From positions 620,001 through 684,000 of the forward strand of contig NW_025766997.1 in NCBI RefSeq assembly GCF_003918875.1: a stretch of DNA of 64,000 nucleotides, read 5' to 3'. Positions 38,932 through 53,597 of this stretch are shown here, in pieces (positions within the stretch are counted from its first letter, which is position 1; each line of letters begins with the position of its first letter). This DNA is from Haliotis rubra. Taxonomy: Eukaryota. Position numbers and translations under genes: made by a program. The notes beneath the pieces were generated by a model. That model worked only from the letters and a program-made list of their open reading frames with translations, searched no databases and was not told where the DNA came from.

Positions 38932-40284
38932 TTTTCAGCTATGAAGCAATTTCCACATTTTGGGGGAAACAGAAAATGAAACAGGTACCATAATCATGAT
39001 AATAATCCAAACAAACTTTCAAATATTATGTCTTTTCTAATTGCTCTCCATTCACACCTGACTAACCTCACATGCATGCTGATTTAGACGACAGAAATAA
39101 AAACTAAAACTAATCAGTCCTTTGAAGAATTATCTGAAATATTCTGCCAAAATACTGAGGTTTTTGCTCAATAGAGGTGTTGCAGTCTAGCATAAGGACC
39201 CAACAAAAACAATCACAAGCTATCTATTTGGTAAGGTGAAATGTTTCATAAAGGTTTCTGTTATCCACACTCCAGATCACTGACATCAAGTGCATTCTCT
39301 CTATGATGTACAGTATACAAATAACACATAACTACATAAGTTAAACTCCCTGTGGCATTATTTTCCTTAACTTGAGAATAAATCCATTTCACATAAACTT
39401 GTCCTTGATAGCACAGTCTGATAGAACCCAAGCGTTGGTTCCAAGCCAACCATTCCAAAAGTCAATATTTTCAGCAATTTTTAACCCGAAACAAATACAT
39501 GGTTGCTCCGACACTCGGGTTTAAAGATAAAAGGTTCTTAAGGGGACATATTGTACAATGTAGAGGAAGACAGGAGACTTTGTTTGTTTATAAGATCGCT
39601 AAAAGAAACAAGCACCATTTTGCGGAGATAGCTACATGAAAGGCAAGTCAGTAGACATCCTTGGTGTTGTTGAAAATCCAAAGGAAGAACTAAAGAACAG
39701 AAATAAATGGATCTGTCTAAGGTGGGGCTAACAGCTGGGAAACTCCTTCAGCCTCCTTCAAATTCTCCCCAACCACATCAACAGTTCACTGATAGATAAA
39801 CTTCAAAGACACAACCGTTCCGGCAAAACTGTTTCTTTCAGTACAGTGCAAGGAGAATAATACACAAAATGGGCCCTATGATAATCTCAGGTGTAAGGGT
39901 TGTTGATTACATGAATTAAAATGTACTCCTCTATGTAAATAGTGATCAATTTTGAATGTCTCTCTTACAATATTTGTAATAGCTTAAACAATAGCTTAAA
40001 TAAAAAAATAATATTTAAAAAAAAAAAATAATTAAAATAAATAACATTAAAGCATACTTTTCATAAATTTAATGATTAATTCAAACACATTACAGGAATA
40101 ATCTAAAAAAATGTAGAGCATAATCCAGTTGTAGTTTAAGAATAATAAGTTCTCTGAATTGATGGTACGAAACTGTCCATCTTGGTATGTGTATTTACAA
40201 CTTTCTTATAGTTTTACTTCACAATTTTGCATCATAAAAGATCAGTATAATCAAAGTAGACATATTTTGGTCATCATATCAGAT

Positions 40285-40394
40285 CAGGGTGTTGTACTAA
40301 ACAACCTTAGTGCTACGACTACCTTAAATCTATGTTAAGGTATGGGAAATACGGCAACCTTAGCGCTAAGATCGCTTTGTACAACAGCACCCTG
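40285..40394. mobile_element. 110-bp MITE
   Basis: TIR CAGGGTGTTGTAC / GTACAACAGCACCCTG; GAT on both flanks. Confidence 0.6.
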
Positions 40395-40539
40395 GATGAA
40401 ATATTCCTAATTCTTTCCATTATATTGGAAGATTTCATTTACGTCTGTTATCAGTTTAGAAAGTCCCAGAAGAATACATTTCACAAATCTGTTAATATGA
40501 TTTTTACATAACCAAAACATAGCTTTTGGTAATTTTGAA

Positions 40540-40690
40540 ATATGACACTGACAAATTTATAACAATTCCTTCAATTCTGTGAGTGCAATGTTTTGGTACA
40601 GATTCTGGTACCATTATGTAGCAGGAATGAATTTGTACCGAAACATCGCACTCACAAAATCCATAAATTTCTTATCCATGTCAGTATTAT
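40540..40690. repeat. Imperfect long inverted repeat (probable old foldback MITE)
   Basis: GTGAGTGCAATGTTTTGGTACAGATTC / GAATTTGTACCGAAACATCGCACTCAC, with weaker outer arms. Confidence 0.65.
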
Positions 40691-40728
40691 GCTTCCCAAC
40701 TTTGAAATGTATTACTAAAAAGAAATCA

Positions 40729-40898
40729 AGTGAGTGAGTGAGTGAGTTTAGTTTTACACCGCTTTTAGCAATATTCCAGCAATATCACGGCGGGGGACAC
40801 CAGAAATGGGCTTAACACATTGTACCCACGTAGGGAATTGAACCCGGGTCTTCGGCGTGACGAGCGAACGCTTTAACCACTAGGCTACCCCACCACCC
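40729..40898 (-). mobile_element. SINE family A, near consensus
   Basis: Reverse-complement match with (CACT)n tail. Confidence 0.9.
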
Positions 40899-41882
40899 GT
40901 ATACCATGATAGAGTAAGTATAGCAATATGAAAGAACAGGACGGGAGGTATAAGGGATGATAGATTATCAGCGTTTTTTGCCAATTAATAACATAATCAT
41001 CATGGCACAAAAGGCGACTCATTTCATAACCATTCTCCCAATAGGATCTGTTGTCACTAACATCAACAGATATGATAACATGTTAATAGCAAGCCGCATA
41101 TCATCAACACATCCATCACATGATAATCTTAAAACAATAAATTCCCTTATCAATCACATATCAAGCCTTATATTTGTCCTTATCAGGTGGCTATAAAACA
41201 GTACCGTTTTTATGCTTCAAATTAAGATAACACCTTCATAGCATCAAACAGTATAGTTTAAAGGTGTATAAACTACGCAATAATGTAAGATATATGACCA
41301 GTGGTGTTGAAGAGAATGGGGGAACCTAACCGCGCAATCAACGACCATCTGTCACGATGAAAGAAACGTTGATTACAGAATCTTTACTTTATGAAGATAT
41401 GCAGGTTCATAAAAGGAGCGACCTCACAGGTCGAAGGTTGTTACCGCTGGCTCCTCTCCCTCTGTGTGTTGGTATGTTAATCACAGGCTTCAAAGTAGTG
41501 GCGACCTATGTAAACGGCATCTGCTGTTCTAGTGCCAGTGTGTTTTTATGGCGAAGTAACGACACTGCATTTGTTGCATATTTGCATATTTTCAACAGCC
41601 ATTGCCTGCTTACTGTCGCGTTTGGTTTTTTTTGCTAATCTATTTCAAGGTATATTTTGTCATATTCGTTATTCCTGTTTCTAATTATTTCATTGATTGT
41701 GTCACATGGTCAATTTTTCAGAATATTTGTTCAGGAAGAGCACCCAACATTAAAGGATCTTGGGAAATTATGTAGTGGACTCTGTTGGCAAATTATGTCC
41801 AGATCATGACAAAAACATCCTATACCCCTCAAAAGAACTTACAGAGCAATCAGTTAATGTTGTGCCAATGACATAAACTATA

Positions 41883-42488
41883 CAGTGGAAGCTGTCAAAA
41901 CTGGCAGCTGTCCAATCCGGGCAAGTTGTCAACACCGGCATAAAATCTCAGTCCCGTCTGTGGGATACTACAGGAAAAGGCACCACACCTTTAAAAGCTC
42001 TGCAATCCGGCAAGTTGTCAACACCAGCATAAAATCTCAGTCCCATCTGTGGCTAGTACATTTATCATCATTTAAATGCTCTGCAATCCGGCAGCTGTTA
42101 CTTACAAATCTTGGCATGAAATGAGCTCCCCCCTCCACCCCCCGATGAGTATTGTCACAAATTAGAAAATCAATTTTGCAATCAATTAGAAAATTGCTCT
42201 GGAATCATCAGTTGGGCATAAACAAACCAAAATGTCTGATTTTTTTCAAATATGTTTATCATGTTTATGTTATTAAGTGAATATGAGCTCAAATCTGTGT
42301 CTTTTATTGTCAATGTGTGCAGTAATTGAAAGAACCATGTGATACAACAATGTACATTGTATATGAGAGTGACAAAACTGGTTCAGTTCTAGTCGTAGGT
42401 AACCATGCCAGCTCTACAATCCGGCACGCTGTTTAAACCGGATTATTTCTTCAGTCCCGAAGAGTGTCGGTTTAGACAGCTTTCACTG
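41883..42488. mobile_element. pogo/Tigger-like MITE
   Basis: TA|CAGTGGAAGCTGTCAAAAC / GTTTAGACAGCTTTCACTG|TA; internal repeats CAATCCGGCAAGTTGTCAACACC. Confidence 0.85.
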
Positions 42489-43793
42489 TAATTGTATAAG
42501 ATTGTTCCTTAACTTCATTTCAATAGGATACAAAATTCATTTAATGTTGTGTCAATGACATAAATCATAAATATATAAGGTGTTCCCTAACTTTATTTGA
42601 GAAGTATACATGACAATTTATGCGTTGATTCTGCATGGTGCAGTAGATAGGTTTTGATACTATTTCCCATGCAGCTCATTAGAAAACTGGCACTAAACAG
42701 GATGTCTGTTGAAAAATCTAAGATTTATATTCTGAGAAAATAACTGAAACGAATTTGTGGCTTTGATGTCATAGAGGTTAGGTATTCAAGGGCTCATACC
42801 TTCTGGCATTAATATACTCAATGTATATAGTCAACAAATTCTATCTGGATCTCTACATCTATATCTTTCTATCTGTCATATATATGCAGATGCACCCAGA
42901 AGAAAACCAATAACTTACATCTGTTTATGCTTTTGAAGTTCAAGAAATATTGAATATACTGAAGTTTTTACTAACACAGATAAACATGGATACGTTTCCT
43001 ACTTTAGAAACATGGTGATATACACCCTTTCTTCATTAACAACTATAACTTTTCATGGCGCTTTATTTGAATAAGAACCACTCAAAAGTGTTCTGGAAAC
43101 TGAAAACATTCCTATTACCAAACCAATCAAATTTGCAAACGCCATGTTTTTACAATTTGATCAAAAACGCACAATCTTGAAACTGGGTCTAAATTCACTT
43201 CAGAGAACAACTCTCTAACTTAAGAACCAAGAAAAGGTAGAACCAAGGAACAGTTAACGAGAACATCAAAGGAAAGTAAATCACCTGCCTTATCAGCTCA
43301 GGTGTGGCGTGTGTGTGTTCTTTCATTTAGACTTGCTCACCTACCCTAGACAGGTGTGAAGGTGTTTGGTATGTAATCACACTTCTCACCTTTCTCTGAC
43401 AAATGTGTGCAGTAATTATTTGTACAGCAATACTATTTAGCAACTTTGACCACAGTGTCACCTGAGTGATATCGGCGAGTGGGATCACAGGTGTATTGTA
43501 AGCTATTAGATAAACATACCATGGTTTAATGTAGTGAAAGGCACCAATCTTTATTACATACTTTCTTAATATTACTTAAAATTAATTTTACCACTTTCTG
43601 TAACAGATTTATCATACAACAAGTAATTACTGTGTTCAACTGTTGATGTAACTGCCATAACATTACTTATTATTATCTATTAACTGATTATAAATAATAG
43701 GTAAGAATTTATCGATGTCAAGTTCTTTAATATGAGGAACACCTATTAAAGAAGTCGTCATCCATACCTTCTTACCTTTTATATCAGTTATAA

Positions 43794-44180
43794 ATTATTA
43801 TTATTATTATAGGACACTTATATAGCGCACATATCCAGGCAACTAGTGCTTGCTCAAGGCGCTGATATTTTTTCCCTCAATCATTGGATGTCAATCTCAA
43901 TGGCACATCATATTATCAATCTCAACTCCCTGGGAAGTATACAACTCTTGCAGCCACTAGGCGCACCGAGTTATTGTGGCTTTCTCATCCTAACGAGGTA
44001 CCCATTCACAGCTGGGTGGACTGGGACACATAGTCGCAGTATTTTGTCCAAGTTCACTGCACGTTGCTGTACCCGCAACTAGGTGTTTGCACGTATTCAT
44101 GTGGCCACCATCTGGTCATATACCAACGGATTCGTGGGTTCTTTTAAGTGCACAGGGTTGTGTACTGTACACTAGGGGTT
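43794..44180 (-). mobile_element. Partial CORE-like SINE with L2-type tail
   Basis: Minus strand CAGTCCACCCAGCTGTGAATGGGTACCT ... GCGCTATATAAGT followed by (AAT)n. Confidence 0.5.
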
Positions 44181-45419
44181 GTGACAACACTGAAATGCCA
44201 TTCAAATATTTCATTATAATTAGTTATCTAATAGTTATAATCATTATCATAACTTCTAAATGCATTATTAAGGCAACAAAACCATAAGCACAAGTCATGA
44301 CCAAAGATTATTGGAAAATTGTTATTTTGAAGATGTAACATTTTATTGATGACAATATCTTCTATTTACAATTTCATTGAAAACACGACAGCGACATGGA
44401 TTTTTGTTGACTTGCTTTGAGACTGACCATTGGCACCAAGTCTACGGAAAATGTCAAAGACAATTCCCAAATTGGAATAAAAAAAATAAAATTTGTGCTA
44501 ACTACCAGTAATAATAATTTATATCATGGTTTTGTTGAAGTGACTCTTATTGCACAAAATATATTTTGACAAAATAATGTTTTTGTCCAAATTGCCAGCC
44601 GAAGGCACTCAGTTTGAAACCTTCAATAAATTCTTGAAGAAGTATTATGGCTAATTTCTTCATTTCCTTTAATATTTCAAGGCTACTTTTGCCCCTTCAT
44701 TTGGTGAATATATAACTTGTTTTAAATTTTTTTTAAAAATTAAAAAAGAGGAATTGGAATAACAATTTGACTCCAGAAAAATAAATATCAAAAATAGTAG
44801 AAATCTCAAACATGAAAGGTATATTCAAGGCCGTTAAGGAAGGACTCAAGGGTTTTGATACTTGTGATCTTGTGTTGGTAAGACGTATCTCAAGTTTGGA
44901 GCTACAGATGCTACTTATTCAATATATATGACAGGTGTCCAGAAAGTGGCCCTAATTAATGCTGCACACATCTTCCTCTTATTATAAACTTCCTCTCATT
45001 AGCAGCAGAGGCAATCGCCTGATCCTCACCTGTAATCTACTTGTCTGGGTGCTGATAGGGCTGATCTTGCCATCCAATCACAGAATCAACTTGTTTTAGA
45101 AGGAGATCTCCTGTCAAAGTCCTCTTCCGACCCTGGGCCTGTCTATATCAGTCGAGTAGGTCATGTTATATTGGTGTTGGGTTGTAAGTGCAAACATTGA
45201 GGAAGAGTGCTTGGATGTTTTGGGATGATCATCCAATTGAACTCAATAACCTGATTAATGTTTCTGTTTTATTTGTTCCCTATTCCCTTTGTTCCTGATC
45301 GTTGTTCTGACAGTTTTCAGCGGAGTGGGTCCTGAAACTATGGATCCTACTGAAGAACTTTGGTCTGAATCCTGACTTCATGGATCCGCTGAAGAGCTCC
45401 AGTGCATCCCGAACTCTAG

Positions 45420-46110
45420 GTCTGACTCTTTATATTTGTTCTGACTCCCGACATTACAGATCTGACACCACAAGACAGTTCTGACTCCCGACATTACAGA
45501 TCTGAGTCCACAAGACAGCTCTGACTCCCGACATTACAGATCTGACTCAAGAAGACAGCTCTGACTCCCGACATTACAGATCTGACTCAAGAAGACAGCT
45601 CTGACTCCCGACATTACAGATCTGACTCCCAACATTACAGATCTGACTCAAGAAGACAGCTCTGACTCCCGACATTACAGATCTGACTCAGGAAGACAGC
45701 TCTGACTCCAAACATTACAGATCTGACTCAAGAAGACAGCTCTGACTCCTGACATTACAGATCTGACTCAAGAAGACAGCTCTGACTCTAAACATTACAC
45801 ATTTGACTAAAGAAGACAGCTCTGACTCCCGACATTACAGATCTGACTCAGGAAGACAGCTCTGACTCTAAACATTACACATTTGACTCAAGAAGACAGC
45901 TCTGACTCCTGACATTACAGATCTGACTCAAGAAGACAGCTCTGACTCCTGACATTACAGATCTGACTGCAGAAGACAGCTCTGACTCCCAACATTACAG
46001 ATCTGACTGCAGAAGACAGCTCTGACTCCCAACATTACAGATCTGACACCACAAGACAGCTCGGACTCCTGATATTACAGACCTGACTCCAGAACACAGT
46101 TCTGACACCT
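45420..46110. repeat. 40-bp dimeric minisatellite (21+19-bp subunits)
   Basis: TCTGACTCCCGACATTACAGA + TCTGACTCAAGAAGACAGC; period 40. Confidence 0.95.
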
Positions 46111-46292
46111 GTCAAATGGATCTAACTCAATGTCTGACACGCATCACTGAAGATGTTCTTATTCCAACTTTCCTCACACAGATAATCACCCCTGACAAAT
46201 ATTTTACCTGAATCAGAAAGGCTTATTGAGACATTGTAATCTGTGTCCTGCCACATCCAAGTGTACTTCAGTCATCTTTCATCCTCTGACAT

Positions 46293-46440
46293 GGTAGTGG
46301 GGTAGCCTAGTGGTTACAGTGGTCACTTTTCATGCTAAAAGCCTGGGTTCGATTCCCAAAACAAGTACAATGTGGGAAGCCAATTTCTGGTGTCTCCCAC
46401 TGTGATATTGAAAAAGAGGCATAAAACCACTTTCATTCAC
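46293..46440 (+). mobile_element. SINE family A, diverged
   Basis: GGGGTAGCCTAGTGGTT...GGGTTCGATTCCC...TTTCTGGTGTC. Confidence 0.75.
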
Positions 46441-46494
46441 TTATGACATTTCTAGTTTCACCCAAGCAGAAACTAAAACCACAACAGTATATCC

Positions 46495-46686
46495 TAGTCT
46501 GTCTGCCCTGACCCACATCATTTTCCCTACTGCCTCGCCCTCCTGCAATGCTAAAGCCCTAAATGAAGCAAGTCTAGATTTCCTCAGGTTCTGAAGCTTC
46601 CATCTCACCTGGGTTCCTTTGCAATTTAAAAGGATTTATTTGTTACAATAACAATCATATTTATTCAGAGACTAAGCGTCAGTCTA
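46495..46686 (+). mobile_element. Family C element
   Basis: TAGTCTGTCT start; CAGAGACTAAGCGTCAGTCTA end. Confidence 0.8.
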
Positions 46687-47970
46687 CAACATATACTTGC
46701 ACTACGACATTTTGCATGAAATACCATAATCAATAAAATATTTGCCAAGGAGAATTATTCAGCTCTGAAGCTGAAAAGGGCATAAAATGGGACAATAACA
46801 TGACATATTTTTCCTTTCATACTTCATATTTTATCAACATAGTAAATGGGACCAGTCTTAAGGGGGGAGATGATAATTATCACAACAAACGCATTAAAAT
46901 TTCAGGCTGTGTGCAATCTCTTCCTAAAGCTGTAGTAACAGCTATAATCCCGATTTAGTCAAGCTAGCGTGAAATACCCAAATCCTGTTAGCTTCAGCAT
47001 TAACACCTCACAATAATAACTCACTCACATCAACGCTCGTAATGTGGAACAAATGAACTCCAAATATCTGATTCGTTTATCCTTCAGACTAATATTGATT
47101 CTCAAGCACTAAGACCTCCAGACGAGAGTTTTCACCCAGAACAACCGGACCTCCATGAAGAAGTCCTTCAGCGCCATTACATATTATCCAACGAAGCGCT
47201 GTTCACAGTAAATATCAATGCGGATCAATTTGGCTTTGTTCTGCTGACCACACAAAAATAGTCCCTCTATTCCCGAGCATAACTAACCTTCCGGAGTCAT
47301 CGCAGTTCAATTAGATCATAACAATAAAGTTATGAACTGTGAGTTCTCGTCAGTTATATTAATGACAATGAAGCGTCAGCATGTGTGAGCACGGACGTTG
47401 TTTTCGCTCGCTGTGATCGTATGTATCCATGAATCCTTTCAACATTTTAACTATCTAATACCCTGCTTCAGTAAAGCATGGCGCCAGTGGCGATTGTTCT
47501 GAAATTATCCCCAACACAGCTAAATGTCACGTTCTGTGGAAATGCCAATAGAATGCTGATTGATTAAACAATTCTGAATGGTGTTTGTTACATCAGGCTG
47601 CCTCTGATATCATGAGATATCATGTGATATCATGTTCCAGATCGGGATATACACGTGTCAAATTTCTCACAATGAAAGGATTACAAGGAAACTATATCTT
47701 GAAAAACAACAGCCCTTACACTGAAATGCTTTCATGTTCTTTGGGATAAAAAAAATCAGTATCTTCTCATACTTACTTTTGTTTATTTTCAAGATGGGAT
47801 GTGCCTGGCTTTTTATATTGATCTTTACAATGTCTACGTAAGTTTCATGTACATTTGATTTATATTCCCCAATAATAGTGCCTTAGTATAAGGTGGTGGT
47901 TGGGTAGCCAAGTGGTTTAAGTGTTACAGCATCACCCCAAAAGCTGGTTTGAATCCTTAGAAGGTACAAG

Positions 47971-48197
47971 NNNNNNNNNNNNNNNNNNNNNNNNNNNNNN
48001 NNNNNNNNNNNNNNNNNNNNNNNNNNNNNNNNNNNNNNNNNNNNNNNNNNNNNNNNNNNNNNNNNNNNNNNNNNNNNNNNNNNNNNNNNNNNNNNNNNNN
48101 NNNNNNNNNNNNNNNNNNNNNNNNNNNNNNNNNNNNNNNNNNNNNNNNNNNNNNNNNNNNNNNNNNNNNNNNNNNNNNNNNNNNNNNNNNNNNNNNN
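47971..48197. other. Assembly gap (N run)
   Basis: 227 N, between a SINE A head and an (AG)n tract. Confidence 0.99.
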
Positions 48198-48935
48198 ACA
48201 CAGAGACGGAGAGAGAGAGAGAGAGAGAGACAGAGAGAGAGCTGCCCAAGATTTCCAAACTCATCATTTTTAATATCCACCCACCTGAAGGGGTTCATAT
48301 CAAGAAAATCATGTCTTCACTCACTCCCCAAACTCATCATACAAATATCCATTAAGGCATTATATGGCATTATCAAGAAACTACTTTCAAGATTCCCAAT
48401 TCCACAATATTTCTAGCATAAGTTGAGGTCTGACAGATACACAGATACTACTATCCTCATGGCTACTATTATCGTCTAAAACCCTGTACAAACATGTGGG
48501 TTATATGGCCTCATATTTCATCCACAGATCAACATATCATAATTCCCTTCAGAGAAAAATGGGTAATTTATCGCTGGTCTTGTCTGGATGAAAAATAACA
48601 CTGGCTTCAGTTTGGTCAGAGAGTAATTACATACAACTCAGACTGGATGGAGAGTATCGCTAAATCTTGTTCCTAGATATTTCAGCCTATAATTGATGTC
48701 GTGCACACACAAATAAAGCATCGTACAGTTACTACTGATAAAACTTGATCAATAAATACTAACATTTCTAATGATTATCTTACAGCAAATTAATTTTCTT
48801 TTAAAGTGGATCCGAAAATATTTTATCAATATTATATCTGGTATATAACTGGGAATTGGGGTAAGTAGTTAAAGTGGTCACTTGTTATGCAGAAGGAAAG
48901 GTTCTCGATCACTCACTCACTTTCTTTCTTACTCT

Positions 48936-49100
48936 GGGGAGGGGAGTAGCCTAGTGGTTAAAGCATTAAAGTGTCACAACGAAGACCCTGGTTCAATTCC
49001 CCACATGGGTACAATGCGTGAAGCCCATTTCTGGTGTTCCCTGCCTTGAAATTCCTGGAATATTGCTAAAAGGGGCATACAACCACAATCACTCACTCAC
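48936..49100 (+). mobile_element. SINE family A
   Basis: Full-length match to the family. Confidence 0.85.
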
Positions 49101-49814
49101 TCTGACTCTAGACCAGGAAACCAAGGGCTGATAGCATGAGCCTCCCAATGGGGGCAAAATGACGCAAAATGAACCAGGTCGCACACTGTAACCACCAAAT
49201 TCCCATTCGTCAGTGCCTCACCTGGGTACTCTGGACCTTCAATGTTAGAATCTTTAAAAGAATAATTCTATACAGCAATTGTTTTCTAAAGGTATATAAG
49301 CTTCATGGACGAAATAGAAATATATTTTTTAAGAGGAATACATTATCGATGGCTCATTGTTTCAGAATTGTAACAACCCCAGTGAATGCTTAACTCATCA
49401 TCAAAACAACAATGACAATAAGTATAATATCATAGCCATAATAAAACCCATTGTTATTATTGTTATAATTGTTACATTGTTGTTGCTGGAGTCATTATTT
49501 CAAGATCAAACACAATACTTTCAGGTAAACAGCTTGTATTGCTTGAACAACATCTGGCAGCCACATAACCGATCTAGCATGTGCATGCAATATTAATCCA
49601 ATATCCCGCGAGACCAAAGTATGTTTGTACTGCACAATATTCCTGACTTGGTTCATAGCCTCTCCTCTGAGATAAAACTACCTAGCTAAGTCTGTCCTGA
49701 TGATAAACCCCAGGATAGATGTGAGCCTTATCAACCACCAAAGACACAACACCTGTATCCTGGTAGTCATCGGCAACCAGAATTCCAGAATCCTGGTGAA
49801 TACTTGTGTGAATT

Positions 49815-50016
49815 TAGTCTGTCTCACAGTCCCTGAACCACATTATTTTCCCCACTGCCATGCTCTCTCTGCAGTGGTAAAGCCCTAAATAAAGCAAGTC
49901 TAGATTTCCTCAGGTTCAGGCTGAATCTCTGGTCGCCCTGGGGCTCCTTTTCAATATAAATGGGCTTGTTTGTTACTATCAAATTTATATATATTTAGAC
50001 ACTAAGCATTAGTCTA
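49815..50016 (+). mobile_element. Family C element with 9-bp TSD (AcademH-like)
   Basis: TAG...CTA termini; flanks GTGTGAATT / GTGTGACTT (8/9). Confidence 0.8.
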
Positions 50017-50262
50017 GTGTGACTTCTACACCTTCGCCAGCTGGTCAGATGACCGCAGTGACCCCTGTCATGGTAAACTGGGGAATATTTGACTAGCCAG
50101 GATTAATTCTGTCCCGACTGGTATCCATGCTTGTTATACAACATTCTGATCATTGCTAAATGTCTGTGTTTAGGTCTGTTGTATCCATGGAAACAACGCC
50201 AGTAGAAGAGAAGTCATGACTCAGCTCATTTCTAGTAAATGAACATACTGTACAATGTACTG

Positions 50263-50424
50263 GGGCGGTGGGGTAGTCTTGTGGTTAAAGCGTTGGCTCG
50301 TCACGACGAAGACCCGGGTTCGATTCCCCACATGGGCACAATGTGTTATGCCCATTTCTGGTGTCCCCCGCCGTGATATTGCCGGAATATTGCTAAAAGC
50401 GGCGTAAAACTAAAACTCAGTCAG
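50263..50424 (+). mobile_element. SINE family A, (CAGT)n-tail subfamily
   Basis: TSD TGTACAATGTACTG (50249-50262, 50425-50438). Confidence 0.92.
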
Positions 50425-50749
50425 TGTACAATGTACTGATCACAAATATCTGTCAGTTATAGTAATAATTCCTTCAGTTATACAATCACTGGATTGTCTG
50501 GTCCAGACTTGATTATTTTACAGACCACCATGATATACTGGTAGTTGCAATATTGCTGAGTGCGGCATTAGATAATAAGAATAATAATAATAATAAATAT
50601 ATTTAAAAAACCTTCCGTTATAACAATCATCAAATTACAATAATAAATTTACACATATGTAATCATAAAATTCTGTAACAGATGAAATAGTCATAGTATT
50701 ACAACAATAACTGTATACTAATTAGAAACTGATGTTATGGCCATCTTTA

Positions 50750-50890
50750 GGGTAGCCTAGTGGTTAAAGAGTTCGTTTGTCATGCCAAAGACCTGGGTTC
50801 GATTCCCCACATGGGTATAATGTGTGAACCCATCTCTGGCGTCCCACACCAGGATATTGCTGGAATATTGCTAATAGTGGCGCAAAACTA
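50750..50890 (+). mobile_element. SINE family A
   Basis: Match to the family; 5' end slightly truncated. Confidence 0.82.
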
Positions 50891-51229
50891 AGACTTGCTA
50901 ACACTCCACTTTGACCTCAGTCCAACAAGCTTCCACAACACCTGTGTATATATGGGTCTGCAGGTCAAGGGACACACGTGAGAAGACAGAGAAATGGAAC
51001 CTCAGTGAAAAGCTCTCATCTCAGTCGACTGGAAAACAAATATTATTTTGCCTTGGAAACCTCGATTTGTTTAAATGTTAACTACCAACAACTTACAATT
51101 TTAATATGCTGACAGCGTCACAAGTGCTGCTGGCTGACCCAAGGACAACACACTGAATATACATGAACATGTCCATCCATAAATTTGCATGATTATGGTT
51201 AACGTTTTACTAAAAAATATAGATCAGTA

Positions 51230-51752
51230 TAGTCTGTTTGCAGTGAAAACGTACCGAAGAATGTCACTTTAAACCAAAAAGTAACACAAATAAAGTGAAA
51301 TTAAGACTGCAAATCCTCATGATTTTACCTTGCCAATTGAACATTTAAATCTCAGAATTGTATTCGACTTAGGATAAAAGTTGTTTAACAAACGATCATA
51401 ATTTCGCATGGCTATTATTGGTTTGTATTACAAGGGGGTATGCACATCAAATGAAAGACCGAAAACGACAAGGGCTGTTATAAGTTAATGCTCTTCACGT
51501 ACCGCACGTGCATTTGTTTCACTGTTCCAATTACTGCGCTTACCCCATTGTAATACAAACCAGTAATAGCGATTTGAATCTATGATCGTTTGTTAAACAA
51601 CTTTTATCCTAATTTGAATTTTTTTTTTGAGATTTAAATGTTCAATTGGCAAGGTAAAATTATGAGAATTCTCAATCTTAATTTCACTTTATTTGATTTA
51701 CTTTTTTGTTTAAAGTGAAATTCATCGGTACGTTTTCACTGCAAACAGACTA
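51230..51752. mobile_element. Foldback MITE with ~210-bp TIRs
   Basis: TAGTCTGTTTGCAGTGAAAACGTACCGA... (51230-51440) mirrored by 51541-51752; ~100-bp spacer; TA on both sides. Confidence 0.9.
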
Positions 51753-51825
51753 TAGTTAAGAGCATCTACAAAGCATATGAACTTCTCCACATATCAGTAC
51801 ATCATTTAAGGTTAAACTATATGCA

Positions 51826-52321
51826 CAGAGGCCCAGATAAGCTGCGTTTCCAGGTAAAATACGCATAGAAAATTTCCAAATACGCATTGAAAAATAATTG
51901 TTGCGTACCAATTACGCATTTAAAATGTTAGATACGCAAAAAGTTTAAAACAAATGCGTACGGAATATATTTATAAAAATCGCTTGCTTTATGAAAAAGA
52001 CGTCGATTGCTATCAAGTTGTACTGTTAGTATAGGACTAGTGTTGTACTGTCAGTATAGGATGAGTAATTTTTTATGAAATCATTTCCATTATATTTAAG
52101 TTGGTTTTGATTAGGTATGACATAAGCAGCTGAGAACATACCTGCTTAGTAAATTTACTCAGTGACATAAAACTTAGGTGAGTAAAATGACTGAAATACG
52201 CATATATTTGAAAGCAGTGGGTAAAGTAAAATGAAATACCCACTCAACATTCATAATACCCACTCCACAAAAATACAGTGGGTACAGTACCCACATGAGC
52301 TAAATCTTATCTGGAGCTCTG
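51826..52321. mobile_element. hAT-like MITE
   Basis: TIR CAGAGGCCCAGATAAG / CTTATCTGGAGCTCTG; 8-bp flanks TATATGCA / ATTATGCA; repeated TACGCA motifs. Confidence 0.75.
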
Positions 52322-53434
52322 ATTATGCAGTGATAATTTCATGATTGACATTATTGATTAAAAACAAAATCTACAGGATGTCAGGACGAAATGTCTTAAA
52401 CAGCATTATGTCGATGAAATATGACACAAAGCACATTTTTTAGACAATGCACAAAAGAATATTTGAAAGCTTACAAAATAGTTTTAGGTCACTGAGCAAG
52501 AAATTGAAGGTGGACATTAGCATAGTTCTTTGGATTTTTTAACGTTTTTCAGAATACATGACCGAAAAATCTTTAGTGTTATCTAGAATAACTTTCATAA
52601 AATATGAAAACCGTACCATACCGGTTCTACTACAATGGTTGAGCGTTGTCAAGACAATAATGATTTCCTTTCTGAGTTCGGCCTGGAATGTGCATCCATT
52701 GAAGTCAACCCGTTTAGATTATGAATGCCCAAAAAAGAGTATGAACCTAAAAGAGCACAGAGTACTTGGGATGCTGATCGCAGAGTTCAGTCAGTGCATT
52801 TCTCAGCCAAAGTAAACCACTAGAACAGAGCCAAAAACTTAATGGCATACGCTACTTCTTATAAACACTGACTGCCCCACTCTTCTAAAAAGTCTCTAGA
52901 AAGGTGTCTATTTTGAGAGACGATTTCATTCAAGCTGTCACTCATAAAAATAATTTTTATTTTTGCGAGTAAACGTGACCCTCCACTGAGGTAATGGTGG
53001 GATAAACACTTCATGCCTACCCATTTCCTTTGATCTCACTAACCCAGCCACGAGGCTCCACGAGGGGGGACTGTTATCTCAAATTTAAAAAATGTCATGC
53101 TAAATATTAACCTGCATAAAACTGGGTCAGAATTCGTGCAAAAGGCTGTGAGAAATATTTGTTATTTGCTTTGATAAAGTAGATGCACGGTTATTCATGT
53201 TAATGTTTTCAATCTAGGGTAACTGGAACAGATCTTTTACGTTGCTTTTAGCAATATTTCTGCCATATCACCCAGTAATGTGATTGTTGTAATGTCCATG
53301 AATATCGGAGCGTTGGACTGTTGAGTGATGAGATTATGTAAGTTGTATCATGATGTATCAGCTTAATGGGAGAGAACGCCGTCAATATCACAAGATCACA
53401 GATATTACTATATTACTATTTCACAGCCAGTTGA

Positions 53435-53597
53435 GGCGGTGGGGTAGCCTAGTGGTTAAAGCGTTCACTCGTCACGCCAAAGACCCGGGTTCGATTCCCC
53501 ACATGGGTACAATGTGTGGATCCCATTTCTGATGTCCCTTGCCGTGATATTGCTGGAATATTGCTAAAAGTGGCATAAAACTAAACTCACTCACTCA
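53435..53597 (+). mobile_element. SINE family A
   Basis: Full-length match to the family. Confidence 0.9.
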
